This document shows positions 1-9,595 of a DNA stretch of 64,000 bases, one piece after another. The notes below the pieces were generated by a model. It searched no databases. It was given only the letters and a program-made list of their open reading frames with translations, and was not told where the DNA came from. Both the position numbers and the translations under genes were made by a program. This stretch comes from an uncultured delta proteobacterium (GTDB lineage Bacteria; Desulfobacterota; RBG-13-43-22). Location: NCBI GenBank assembly GCA_963843145.1, contig CAWJJC010000023.1:64001-128000 (forward strand), read 5' to 3'. How positions within the stretch are numbered: position 1 is the first letter of the stretch; the number at the start of each line of letters is the position of its first letter.

Positions 1-528
1 TTTTTCTGTTCCAACAAGCCGAAATGATTCAGGCATGTGCCGCAGACGAGAACCGAGACGCCTTGCTCGGCCAGCCCCTGAATAAGCGGCAGGGATTCCG
101 CTCCCTCGATGGTCAATTTGACCCCGGAATTCAAAAAAACCAAGCGCCAGAGACTTTTTCCCATTTCCTTCAAAGTCTTCAAAAAATTGAGCATGAGTTG
201 GCTGCCCAGGTAGTCATCCCCTGTTCCTAACTTATCCTTGGTAATCAAGATGATCGTTTTTTGAACGCCCTGAATCAGATCCTGAACAACGGCTTCGCAG
301 GCCGGTCCACCCCGCCCGCCTTTCGGCGATAATCTTAAAATCCGATTCGGCGGTCTCGACGCTGACCCCAAAGCCCCGGCTTTCCAGAAATCTTTTGACG
401 TTTTCCGCTGAAGCCGGATTGTCCACCAGGACCTGAAAGTGATTCAACTGGGGGTGATTCTCAATATAATCCCGGGCTTCAGTGACCGGCAAGGGGCAGG
501 ACAGGCCGCGGCAATTCAGAGTCTCCAT
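1..528 (-). CDS. yedF: Sulfurtransferase-like selenium metabolism protein YedF (TusA/SirA domain + DsrE-like domain); one frameshift near 300-320; runs off the window start
   Basis: ORF 232..528 has the TusA motif LNCRGLSCPLP..LVDNPASAENV. A second frame continues as KTIILITKDKLGTGDDYLGSQLMLNFLKTL..LVFLNSGVKL..VLVCGTCLNHFGL, the typical YedF C-terminal domain. Confidence 0.85.
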
Positions 529-660
529 TCATTCCTCTCGAATAAGTTGTTAACCAATTATTTAAATTTACTCCTTTACTTTATAAGTAGCGCCTTGGAG
601 GGAGTCAAATAGGAAATCAGGCGAATAGCAAGGCGCTAAAATAGATTTTTTCTATATTAT

Positions 661-2379
661 TTAGGACGGGATCGCGGATGGCTTCCCGGCAACCGGCACC
701 GGAGGCGGAGATTCAGGAGAAGCGACCGTCTTCCTGGAAGGTTCCAAACAGCTTTTCCCCATGTTCAGTTCCTCCATAATGGCAAAAGAAATGTCCCGGG
801 CAATCTCGCTGATCTGCTGGTAACTGTTCAGCAGTTCCAGGTGCAGGTTGCTGGTCTCTTCGCTTTCTTTGACCCCTTCGGTTAAGCGGTGAATATGGTT
901 TTGGCGATACTCCCGGATCAGGGCACTGATCCGGGGCTGGGCGGTTACCGCCTCTTCAGCCAGGTAATAATCGTTCTGAACCAGCCCCTTGTGGGTCAGA
1001 CGTAACTGGTCGATCACCCGATGGATCGTGTTCAGCAGTTCCCTTTCCCCCTGAGGGGAGAAGGAGGCTCTCTGCGCCAATTTGGTTTCAATCCTATATT
1101 TTATATCCCGTTCGATTATGTCGCTGATTTTCTCCAGATTGTCCAGGACATGGATTAAGCCGATGGCGTATTGGTGTTCATCGCTACTCAGCGGCTGACG
1201 CAGGACCTTGGTCAGGTAGTCCACGGCGGCCTTAAAGAGCACATCCATCACCCTCTCCCGATAGGCGATTCGCTCCAGAAAATATCGCTTACCGTGGGTG
1301 ATGGTCCGTTCCGTATACCAGAGCATGCGCAGGGTTCCGGCCGAAAGCCGCACCGTTTCCTTGTGGGCCAACCCGATGGCCACTGCCGGCAGGTTGATGA
1401 CCTCCTCGCGCAGAAATTTAGGCTCCAGCTCCGGAATTTTTTTGTCGGGCACCAGCCATTCCAGGAAACGGCTCCCATAACGGCTGAACGGCAGGAAGAC
1501 GGCGGCCAGGCCGACATTAAAAACGGTATGGGCATTGGCCACCTGGAAGGGCGGGTTGGCGGTCAGGAAGGACAGGAAGGCAGCCAGCCAGGGTACCAGA
1601 AAGAAAAAAAGAACCGTCCCCCCCAACTTGGAAAAAAAATGGGACAGGGCCACCCGCTGGGCTTCCCGGCGGGATCCGATGCTGGAAAGCAGGGCGGTGA
1701 AGGAGGTTCCCAGGTTGCACCCGAGAATAAGATAAATTGCGCCGGGAAGATCGATGAGCTGGTAGCCGGCCAGGGCCATGATGATGCCCAGCACCGCTGC
1801 GCTGCTGTGGATCAGGAAGGTGATGACCGAGGCGGCCGCGATGGCCAAAAGCGGATGATTGCTGACCGAAAGCAGGAGTTGGGTGAATTCCGGGACCTTC
1901 TGAAGCGGATGCAGGCTATCGCCCACAATCTTCAGACCGAGGAACAGCAGGCCGAAACCCATGACGGCCTGGCCGATTCGGCGGTATCGGTCTTGCTTGG
2001 CGAAAAAAACGATGGGCGAGCCGATCCCCACGATCAACAGCGACAGCTCCGTAAATTTCAGAGCGATCAACTGGGCCGTGACCACGGTTCCGATGTCCGC
2101 CCCCAGAATTACCGGCATGGATTGCCGCAGGGTGATGACCGCCGCGTTGGTAAGACCTACCAAGATAACCGTCGTGGCCGTGCTGCTCTGAAAGAGCATG
2201 GTGACCAGGACCCCGGCCAGGACTCCCAGTATAGGCCTGCGGGTCACCGACTCCAGCAGACGCCGCAACTGCTTTCCCAGAATCTTCTGCAGTCCGTCCC
2301 CCATGACCTGGATCCCGTAAAGAAGGATCCCGATACCGCCGAAGAGGCCTAAGAGAATGGTTATCCAGGGGATGGGCAC
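661..2379 (-). CDS. Na+/Pi cotransporter family protein with C-terminal PhoU-like domain
   Basis: Repeated QSSTATT / HSSAA..G(A/C)(D/N)(I/L)GT motifs, many TM helices, ANAHTVFN, helical C-terminus with LEKISD. Confidence 0.92.
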   Translation of the reverse strand: MPIPWITILLGLFGGIGILLYGIQVMGDGLQKILGKQLRRLLESVTRRPILGVLAGVLVTMLFQSSTATTVILVGLTNAAVITLRQSMPVILGADIGTVVTAQLIALKFTELSLLIVGIGSPIVFFAKQDRYRRIGQAVMGFGLLFLGLKIVGDSLHPLQKVPEFTQLLLSVSNHPLLAIAAASVITFLIHSSAAVLGIIMALAGYQLIDLPGAIYLILGCNLGTSFTALLSSIGSRREAQRVALSHFFSKLGGTVLFFFLVPWLAAFLSFLTANPPFQVANAHTVFNVGLAAVFLPFSRYGSRFLEWLVPDKKIPELEPKFLREEVINLPAVAIGLAHKETVRLSAGTLRMLWYTERTITHGKRYFLERIAYRERVMDVLFKAAVDYLTKVLRQPLSSDEHQYAIGLIHVLDNLEKISDIIERDIKYRIETKLAQRASFSPQGERELLNTIHRVIDQLRLTHKGLVQNDYYLAEEAVTAQPRISALIREYRQNHIHRLTEGVKESEETSNLHLELLNSYQQISEIARDISFAIMEELNMGKSCLEPSRKTVASPESPPPVPVAGKPSAIPS

Positions 2380-2400
2380 CGGCTAGAAGGACCTTTCTAT

Positions 2401-2500
2401 TTAATCAATCAGTACCGGGCATGGAGTGCGGTGCAGCACCTTCTGGCTGACGCTGCCGATGATGACCCCGCGCAGCGGGCCTTTTTCACGCCCTCTCGGA
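2401..2500 (-). pseudogene. C-terminal remnant of a universal stress protein (UspA)
   Basis: Minus frame reads ..RGREKGPLRGVIIGSVSQKVLHRTPCPVLID*, matching the Usp GSVS..V...PCPVL motif. There is an in-frame stop upstream and no plausible start. Confidence 0.7.
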
Positions 2501-2860
2501 GACCTTCTGAAATATATGACTTTTTATAAAATTATAGAGCAAATCACATGCCATCTAGCGACTCTGGGATCTAAAACAGTTAATCTAATAAATTTAAATG
2601 GTTACAATAGGTTCCCCTCGATAGCTTTTTCGTGTTTCTTGAATTTATTGAAATTCCTGACAGAGGTGTAACCTGACCAAGTGATTTGTGCCCTGACAAC
2701 TGGCCCATTCATCCTCCCCTTGGCCAGGGTGAACGGGATGACGATCCCTAGAAAGCCTGTCATCATTTGATTGACCCTGAAACCTGAATTTGGTAAACCA
2801 AATACATTTAGCCAGAGACAACCGGTTTGATTACCTTTATCCAACGCTGGAGAAAGCAAG

Positions 2861-4735
2861 ATGTTCGAAGAAAAATGGGTATCGGCCGATGAGGCCTTGA
2901 GCCGGATAAAAAAGGGGAGCCGGGTCTTTATCAGCTCCGGCTGCGGGGAACCCCAATACTTGGTAGAACGGCTGGTCAAACAGGCCGAGCGTTTCTTTGA
3001 CGTCGAGATTATTCATGTCCTGAGCATTCGGGATCCCGGTTACTCTTCCACCGGGTTGAGCCACCACTTCCGGGTCCGGACTTTCTTCGTGGCCGGCCGC
3101 GGGGCCCGGGAGGCAGTCTGGGAAGGACGGGCGGAATACATCCCTATTTTCATTTCCGACATCCCCCGACTGTTCAACGACCGGCGCCTGGAGATCGACA
3201 CCGCTTTAATCCAGGTTTCCCCGCCGGACAAAAACGGTTATATGAGCCTCGGAATTGCCGTGGACGTGGCCAAGGAAGCGGTGGAGGCCGCCGGAACGGT
3301 CATCGCCCAGGTCAACCCGGCCATGCCGACCACCCTGGGCGGCGGCTTCATCCACATTCGCGATGTCGATTTCCTGGTCGACAAGGAGGAGCCTCTGCTC
3401 GAGGTGGGGAGGCCCCCGTTGAGCGAAACCGATTGGGCCATCGGTCGCAACGTGGCCCGCCTGGTGGAAAACGGGTCCACCCTACATGCCGGTCTGGGGC
3501 ATCTCCCGGCCACGGCCCTGCTGTCCCTGAAGGACAAAAAAGATTTGGGCATCCATACCGATATGCTTACCGAGGCCTACTTGGAATTAATCCGTTCCGG
3601 GGCCGTCACCAACGAGAAGAAAGAGATCAACCGTAAAAAGGCCATCGCCTCCTACTGCCTCGGCGGCCGCGAGCTGTTCGATTTCGTGCACCTGAATCCC
3701 TTTGTGGAATTCCATCCGGTGGCTTACACCAATGACCCCAATGTCATCAGCCAGCACGATTCGATGGTTTCCATCCATGAGGCCCTGGAGGTTGATTTTT
3801 CCGGGCTGGTCTGCACCTCCAGTGGCCGGAACCGGATCTATAGCGGCATCGGCGGCCTGGTCGATTTCATGCGTGGCACCTCACGGGCCCGGCAGGGGAA
3901 GTTTATCATTGTCTTGCACTCCCTGACCCGGGACGGCCAAGCCTCCTGCATCGTCCCCGGCATCCCCCCCGGTTCGGGGCTGATAGCCAGTCGCGCGGCC
4001 GTTCAGTACGTGGTGACCGAATTCGGGTGGACGAATTTGCATGGCAAGTCCCTTCGGGATCGGGCCATTGCCCTGTTAGAGATCTCCCACCCCAAGTTTC
4101 GCCAGGAGTTACTGAACCGGGCCCAGTTGGATGGACTGCTGGCCCATGGTGAACCGATCACCTTCTCCACCGCCGGTATCTACCCGACGGAAATGGAAAA
4201 GAAATTCACCCGTCGCGATCAGTCCTTACTGTTGCGGCCGGCCAAACCCACCGATCTCCGCTCCATCCAGGAATTTTTTTACGGGCTCAGCGATCAGGAC
4301 ATATACTACCGGTTTCTCCGTTCCAAGCACACCTTTCCCCGGGAAGAAATGGCCGCCATCGTGGATATCGACTACCATAACCGGATGACCCTCCTGGTCC
4401 TCTCCGGCGACCCGGCCTTTGAGAAAATCGTGGCGCTCGGGCGCTATATCGCCGAATCCGCCCAGGGGTTAGCCGAAATCGATATCGCGGTGAGCCCGGA
4501 TTACCGCCGTCTAGGCCTCGGGCAGGCGGTGCTTGACGTTCTTTTCGAAACCGCCAGAAACAAAGGCTTCCAGGGGATTAAGGCCCTGGTGGATTACGAC
4601 AACCCCAGGATGATCATGCTTCTCAAGAAAATGGGCTATAACATGCGGGCCACCCTGGATCACGGGGTCTATGAAATCGAAATTCTGTTCGAGGAAAAAT
4701 CCGAGGAGCCCTCCTTCGTGGTTACGTATGCCTGA
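2861..4735 (+). CDS. Acetyl-CoA hydrolase/transferase family domain fused to a C-terminal Pat-like GNAT acetyltransferase
   Basis: ALIQVSPPDKNGYMSLG, IAQVN..MP, DLGIHT, SGIGG.VDF, VVTEFG...LHGKS..RA.AL..ISHPKFR; C-terminal LRPA..D..YYRF..IDY..AVSPDYRRLGLG. Confidence 0.9.
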   Translation: MFEEKWVSADEALSRIKKGSRVFISSGCGEPQYLVERLVKQAERFFDVEIIHVLSIRDPGYSSTGLSHHFRVRTFFVAGRGAREAVWEGRAEYIPIFISDIPRLFNDRRLEIDTALIQVSPPDKNGYMSLGIAVDVAKEAVEAAGTVIAQVNPAMPTTLGGGFIHIRDVDFLVDKEEPLLEVGRPPLSETDWAIGRNVARLVENGSTLHAGLGHLPATALLSLKDKKDLGIHTDMLTEAYLELIRSGAVTNEKKEINRKKAIASYCLGGRELFDFVHLNPFVEFHPVAYTNDPNVISQHDSMVSIHEALEVDFSGLVCTSSGRNRIYSGIGGLVDFMRGTSRARQGKFIIVLHSLTRDGQASCIVPGIPPGSGLIASRAAVQYVVTEFGWTNLHGKSLRDRAIALLEISHPKFRQELLNRAQLDGLLAHGEPITFSTAGIYPTEMEKKFTRRDQSLLLRPAKPTDLRSIQEFFYGLSDQDIYYRFLRSKHTFPREEMAAIVDIDYHNRMTLLVLSGDPAFEKIVALGRYIAESAQGLAEIDIAVSPDYRRLGLGQAVLDVLFETARNKGFQGIKALVDYDNPRMIMLLKKMGYNMRATLDHGVYEIEILFEEKSEEPSFVVTYA

Positions 4736-4800
4736 TCCCCGGCACCCCTTTCCGCTCCAGAATTTCCGCCCCTTATTATTCTGCCGGAAGCGAATACGCT

Positions 4801-5967
4801 TTGGTCCGCACCAGCCTTTACCTCTTTCTAATCGTTTTTCTAACCGGCTACGGTTTGGTTAACGCCTATATTTTCATCCGGGGCTGGCCGGCCACGGCCT
4901 GGATGCGGCGTTTTTGGCGAAAGGCCGTCCTGCTGCTCTTCTGGCTGTCCGTCCTCTCCTACCCCCTGGGCCGTTTTTTAAGCAGGCTGGTGCCTCTTCC
5001 GGGAGAAGACGGGCTGGTCCTGATTGGATCTTTTTATCTGGCCGTCATGATTTACCTGTTTTTGGGTTTGCTTTTTCTGGACATCCTCCGTCTAATCCGC
5101 TACTTGACCCCAACAGTCCTGAAAAAACGCTTTCGGCCCTTCGGGATAGCCCCCCGAACAAAATTTCTGCTGGTGATCGGCATCGTACTGATCACGGTAT
5201 CCCTGGGACACTGGAATGCCGTACACCCTCGAATTCGAAACCTGGAGATAATCCTCCCTCAATCCACCGGTCCCAGGAAACAATTGAGCGTGGTCATGGC
5301 CTCGGACCTGCACCTGGGGCGGATCATTCGCAACTCCCGCCTGGAAAAAATCGTCGGGCTGATTAACGAATTGAAACCGGACCTGGTCCTGCTGGCCGGA
5401 GACCTGACCGATGAGGACATTTCTTTTCTCTCGGATCAGAACACGGCCGCTATCCTGCAGCGGATCCAGGCCCCTTTAGGCGTCTATTCGGTTACCGGGA
5501 ATCACGAATACTATGGTGGGATAAAAAAAGCCGTGGCCCTCTTAAAACAGGGAAAGGTACAGGTCTTGGAAGACCGGACCGTCCGGATCGGCGACTTCCT
5601 TTACCTGGTCGGACGGAAAGACCGGACGGCGGAACGGTTTGGAGAGCAAAGAAAACCGTTGGGGGAACTGATGAAGGAGGTGCCTTCCGGATACCCCGTT
5701 ATCCTGATGGACCACCAGCCCTTCCAGTTGGCGGAGGCCCAGCGGCAGGGCGTTGGTTTGCAGTTATCCGGGCATACCCATAACGGGCAGCTTTTTCCGA
5801 TCAATTACATTGTGGGACGGATTTTTGAAAATCCCTGGGGCTACCTCAAAAAAGGGAATACCCACTATTACGTTTCCTGCGGGGTGGGCACTTGGGGTCC
5901 GCCGGTGCGCACCTGCAGTATCCCCGAAATTATTCATATCCGCTTGACCCTCCAGCCGGGTTCCTAA
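4801..5967 (+). CDS. Membrane-anchored metallophosphoesterase (YkuE/YaeI-like)
   Basis: Four N-terminal TM segments, then SDLHLG, AGDL.D, GNHE, DHQP and SGHTHNGQ. Confidence 0.92.
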   Translation: MVRTSLYLFLIVFLTGYGLVNAYIFIRGWPATAWMRRFWRKAVLLLFWLSVLSYPLGRFLSRLVPLPGEDGLVLIGSFYLAVMIYLFLGLLFLDILRLIRYLTPTVLKKRFRPFGIAPRTKFLLVIGIVLITVSLGHWNAVHPRIRNLEIILPQSTGPRKQLSVVMASDLHLGRIIRNSRLEKIVGLINELKPDLVLLAGDLTDEDISFLSDQNTAAILQRIQAPLGVYSVTGNHEYYGGIKKAVALLKQGKVQVLEDRTVRIGDFLYLVGRKDRTAERFGEQRKPLGELMKEVPSGYPVILMDHQPFQLAEAQRQGVGLQLSGHTHNGQLFPINYIVGRIFENPWGYLKKGNTHYYVSCGVGTWGPPVRTCSIPEIIHIRLTLQPGS

Positions 5968-6184
5968 AAATTCCGCCGCTTCGCCTTTTTGAGTGGGTAC
6001 CCCCCAGATCTGGTATGGCCGTGGGGATTTCAGCGATTAATGGGCTACCAAAATATTTGTGGCCACCCACCCAAAAGGGCGAACAACCAAAATTCCTTAG
6101 CCCAAGAAAAACTTCTTCGGCCCCTGGTCGGTACGGACGCTATGGACGGCGCAGGACAGGCAGGGATCAAAAGAATAGATTCCC

Positions 6185-7096
6185 TTATTGGGTAGGAACC
6201 ACCGTTTTGGAGAGTTTGACCGGGTTCAGACGGATAATTAAACCCTCCAGGCTGATCCGGTCTAGGTGGGGAACGGTCCGGTGAAAAGAGAATAGGTAGG
6301 CACCCTCCACCAGCTCCGGTTTGAGGAAGGGGAGGCAGTGTTGACGGAAATCTTCATAGGCCAGGGTATTCATCAGGTCAAAGCATTTCAAGGTTTCGGG
6401 ATATGGTCTTTTCGATTTCCGTCCCTGGCAGTCAAAATCCCGGGGAAGAACGCGATCCAGTAAAGGAAGGAGGTCTACTTGGTCCTTATCCACTGTTCCC
6501 AGAAGCCTGATAAAATTGACCGGGATGAATCTTTTTCTGTTGGGAAGCTTATAAAACATGCGTCCTTCCGGATCGATTTTTATTTCCTTGTAATTGGTCC
6601 CCAGGTTCCAATTCGAAGAACGCACATTATGATTGATGGCCAAATCCTGGAGCCCGAGACGCCAGTTTTTGAGGTTATAAAGGCTGGCCTGATCCGCTGA
6701 ATTGGTTTGAGTTGGGGGAAAGCAGGGTTCCAGGAGAAAGCGAAAGTAGTTCTGGGAAAGTGACTGGTTGAGCCGGGTTAACTCCTGGATTTCCCGATTC
6801 AACTTGCGGGCGGTCTTCAGCCAACCTTCTCCCAGCCGCCTGACGTATAATTCCTTAAAGTGCTGGAAGGACTCGGGGTTGCGATCATGGTTCAGCTTTT
6901 CAAAGGCCAGATTGAGCTCGGCCACTTTTCTGTTTCTCAGCGTTTTTAAGGGTTCGTTTCCTAGAGGCGCTCGGTCGGGATGATAAATCATGATCAAGGC
7001 CCGGTAAGAGGACCGGATCAGGGCAAACAGCTCCTTTCCTTCCAGCGTTCGGACGATTTCCGGAGAAAGCCCTAATAATTCAAAAGGGTTCTTCAT
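6185..7096 (-). CDS. J-domain protein with an unrecognised C-terminal region
   Basis: NPFELLGL..IRSSYRAL..YHPDR..ELNLAFEKL. ATGA overlap with the upstream FAD oxidase. Confidence 0.75.
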   Translation of the reverse strand: MKNPFELLGLSPEIVRTLEGKELFALIRSSYRALIMIYHPDRAPLGNEPLKTLRNRKVAELNLAFEKLNHDRNPESFQHFKELYVRRLGEGWLKTARKLNREIQELTRLNQSLSQNYFRFLLEPCFPPTQTNSADQASLYNLKNWRLGLQDLAINHNVRSSNWNLGTNYKEIKIDPEGRMFYKLPNRKRFIPVNFIRLLGTVDKDQVDLLPLLDRVLPRDFDCQGRKSKRPYPETLKCFDLMNTLAYEDFRQHCLPFLKPELVEGAYLFSFHRTVPHLDRISLEGLIIRLNPVKLSKTVVPTQ

Positions 7097-8475
7097 GACG
7101 TAAAGATCTTGCCGGGATTGAGGATGTGATTCGGATCAAAGAGGTCCTTGATTTTTTTCATCAGGGCCAGGGGCAGCGGATCGATTTCCCAGGACAGGTA
7201 GGACGCTTTAGCCAGACCGATTCCATGCTCCCCCGAAAGGGTGCCTCCCAGTTCGATAACGGTCCTGAATATATCTTCAACAGCTAGGTGGGCTTTGTCC
7301 TCTTGGTTGGATATTTTTTTATCAAACATGACATTCACATGAATATTGCCGTCTCCGGCGTGCCCGAAACAGACCACCAAAAGGTCGAATCGGCGCCCGA
7401 TTTCCTGGAATCTGCGGATGGCTTCAGGAATATGCGCCCGGGGCACCACGATGTCTTCATTGATCTTATTGGGGCGGATGCGAAAAAGGGCGGGGGAGAT
7501 GGATCGCCGGGCCTTCCAGAGATCCTCCGCCTCCTGAGGTGACGAAGCGGTCCGGATCCCTACGGCTCCCAGTTGTTCGCAGGCCTGGACCACCCGGCGG
7601 CTCTGACGATTCACCAGGTCCCGATCTCCATCGACCTCGATAAGCAGGGCGGCTTCCGCCTCCCGGGGGAAATCCAGATCTAAAAACTGGTCCACCGCCT
7701 GAAGGGAGGGTTGATCCATGAATTCCAAGCTGGAGGGGACGATGCCGGCCTGTAATATTTCCACCACCGCCCGGGTGGCTAAATCCAGCCGGTCAAAAAA
7801 AACCAATACCGGCTGACGGGTTTCGGGCTTAGGCAGCAGCTTAACCGTGAATTCAGTAAAAATCCCCAAGGTCCCTTCCGAGCCGACCAATAGGCGGGTC
7901 AGGTCATAACCCACCACCCCTTTGGCGGTTCGGGTACCGGTCTTCAGAATTTCACCGGTCGGCAGGACCACGGTCAAACCCAGGATGTAATCTCGGGTCA
8001 CCCCGTATTTCACCGCCCGGGCGCCTCCGGCACACTCGGCCACATTCCCTCCCAAAGTGGAAAAACGTAAGGAAGCAGGATCGGGAGGATAGAAAAGGCC
8101 CACCGCTTCCACTGCGGTTTGCAGGTCTCGGTTGACCACGCCCGGTTCAACCACGGCCAAGAAATTCTGGGTATCGATATTTCTGATTCGGTTAAACCGG
8201 CTCATGACCAGAACCAGTCCCCCCTGAATCGGAACCGACCCGCCGCTCATCCCGGATCCGGCCCCTCGGGGGATCACCGGGAACCGGTATTCATTCGCTA
8301 ATCTCAAAATAGCGCTGATTTCTTCAGCGCTCCCGGGAAAAGCTACGGCCTCGGGCATCGCCTGGAAGGCGGTGGCGTCGTAGGCATAGCACTTCAGTTC
8401 AGTTTCCTGATCGGTGATCTGCCCCGGACCAACGATTTCACTTAGGGCCTGATAGGTTTCCTGGCTGAAAGGCAT
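7093..8475 (-). CDS. glcD: FAD-linked oxidase, GlcD / D-lactate dehydrogenase family
   Basis: PRGAGSGMSGG, FYPPDPAS..STLGGNVAECAGG..KYGVT, GSEGTLG, FGHAGDGNIH, SGEHGIG, LNPGKIF. Confidence 0.9.
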   Translation of the reverse strand: MPFSQETYQALSEIVGPGQITDQETELKCYAYDATAFQAMPEAVAFPGSAEEISAILRLANEYRFPVIPRGAGSGMSGGSVPIQGGLVLVMSRFNRIRNIDTQNFLAVVEPGVVNRDLQTAVEAVGLFYPPDPASLRFSTLGGNVAECAGGARAVKYGVTRDYILGLTVVLPTGEILKTGTRTAKGVVGYDLTRLLVGSEGTLGIFTEFTVKLLPKPETRQPVLVFFDRLDLATRAVVEILQAGIVPSSLEFMDQPSLQAVDQFLDLDFPREAEAALLIEVDGDRDLVNRQSRRVVQACEQLGAVGIRTASSPQEAEDLWKARRSISPALFRIRPNKINEDIVVPRAHIPEAIRRFQEIGRRFDLLVVCFGHAGDGNIHVNVMFDKKISNQEDKAHLAVEDIFRTVIELGGTLSGEHGIGLAKASYLSWEIDPLPLALMKKIKDLFDPNHILNPGKIFTS

Positions 8476-8493
8476 GGAATTTATAATACTGGC

Positions 8494-9420
8494 TTAATAT
8501 CCAAATTCGGTTAGGGCGGCCGGGTTTGAATGTCGGACCTTCAGCGTTTGCAAATGATCGACCGGAACTCGCTCTAAATACTCCCGGCGGCTTCCCACCC
8601 CGTAGACCCATTCCTGGAACCATTCCCGGCTGCCCTCCTCAGTTCGGGTGGCCCGGGCATATTCCGGATAGACCGGGTCATCGTGGCCGTAATAGCCTTG
8701 AACCGCTGACGGGTGGGCGCCCCAAGGCTCTTCCACCACTCCTGAGACGGTAAACCCCGGGATGATAGTCCGGTTGGGATCGCTGCGGATCACCTCCGGG
8801 TCAACGATCTCCTCAGTAATAATGAGCACCGCTTTGGCGGCTCTGGCCGCCGCGGCGCTGACGCCCATGTTCCCCCAGAGATGGGCGTTTCCCTGGGGAT
8901 CGGCTCGCTGGACATGAATAATGGCCAGGTCGGGCTCCATGGCCCGAACCAGCAGCAGCGGATCCCCGGTGAAAGGGCAGGGGCTCACCTTAAACGCCGG
9001 ATTGTCCCGAATGATGTGGGAGCCCAGCAAGGTACGGGCGGGGAGATAAGGAACCCCTAAGGCAGCGGCCTGCAAACCCAGGGCAATGGTAAAATTGGAG
9101 TGATTTTCCATCACCAGGGGGTGCGGCCTTCCCTGCTCCACGGCCCGGCGCAGATGATACCCGATTCCGGTACTGACATTGCCTACCCAAGCGGCCTGGA
9201 TCCGGGTAACACAGCCTCCCCCGATCAATTGATCGAAGAGCATATCGGATATCGGCCCGATTAGGGTTAGGTCTCTGATGCCTTGACGGATTAATTCGTG
9301 CCCGGCGGCAAAAGGAATCAATCCCTCCAGGGAAGTGCCCAAGGCTATGGACATACCGGGGGTAACCAGTCTGGAAACGGCCTCGGGCATGGACATCAGC
9401 TTGGATTCGGTCAAAAACAT
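8494..9420 (-). CDS. CoA-transferase subunit A (glutaconate/3-oxoacid CoA-transferase alpha-like)
   Basis: Start reassigned to MFLTESKLMSM. Motifs LQAAALGVPYLP, PDLAIIHVQRADPQGNA, IITEEIV and EPWGAHPS. Confidence 0.88.
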   Translation of the reverse strand: MFLTESKLMSMPEAVSRLVTPGMSIALGTSLEGLIPFAAGHELIRQGIRDLTLIGPISDMLFDQLIGGGCVTRIQAAWVGNVSTGIGYHLRRAVEQGRPHPLVMENHSNFTIALGLQAAALGVPYLPARTLLGSHIIRDNPAFKVSPCPFTGDPLLLVRAMEPDLAIIHVQRADPQGNAHLWGNMGVSAAAARAAKAVLIITEEIVDPEVIRSDPNRTIIPGFTVSGVVEEPWGAHPSAVQGYYGHDDPVYPEYARATRTEEGSREWFQEWVYGVGSRREYLERVPVDHLQTLKVRHSNPAALTEFGY

Positions 9421-9472
9421 AAGTTGATTAATGTAACATTTGTATTTTAAAAAGAAAAGAGGTAAAAAGATA

Positions 9473-9501
9473 TTGACAAAAGACTCATTTTTTTTGATAG
9501 T
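9473..9501 (+). promoter_or_regulatory. Putative sigma70 promoter of the thiolase-ACAD operon
   Basis: TTGACA-N17-GATAGT with an A-rich upstream tract, in the divergent intergenic region. Confidence 0.5.
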
Positions 9502-9595
9502 TACAAGTTTAATGGACTTACCGGTTGCGAGGTTATCAAGATTGTAAGCCGCCGGAGGGGGATAAACCCCTTTCCGGTCAAAAAAGGAGGAAGGT

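Noticed and set aside
1171-2352. 393-aa plus-strand ORF and similar long antisense ORFs (13470..14327, 16640..17563, 30537..31238, 34591..35280, 52117..52779, 62849..63523)
   Set aside because: They are shadow frames of well-supported genes in GC-rich DNA and have no recognisable motifs.
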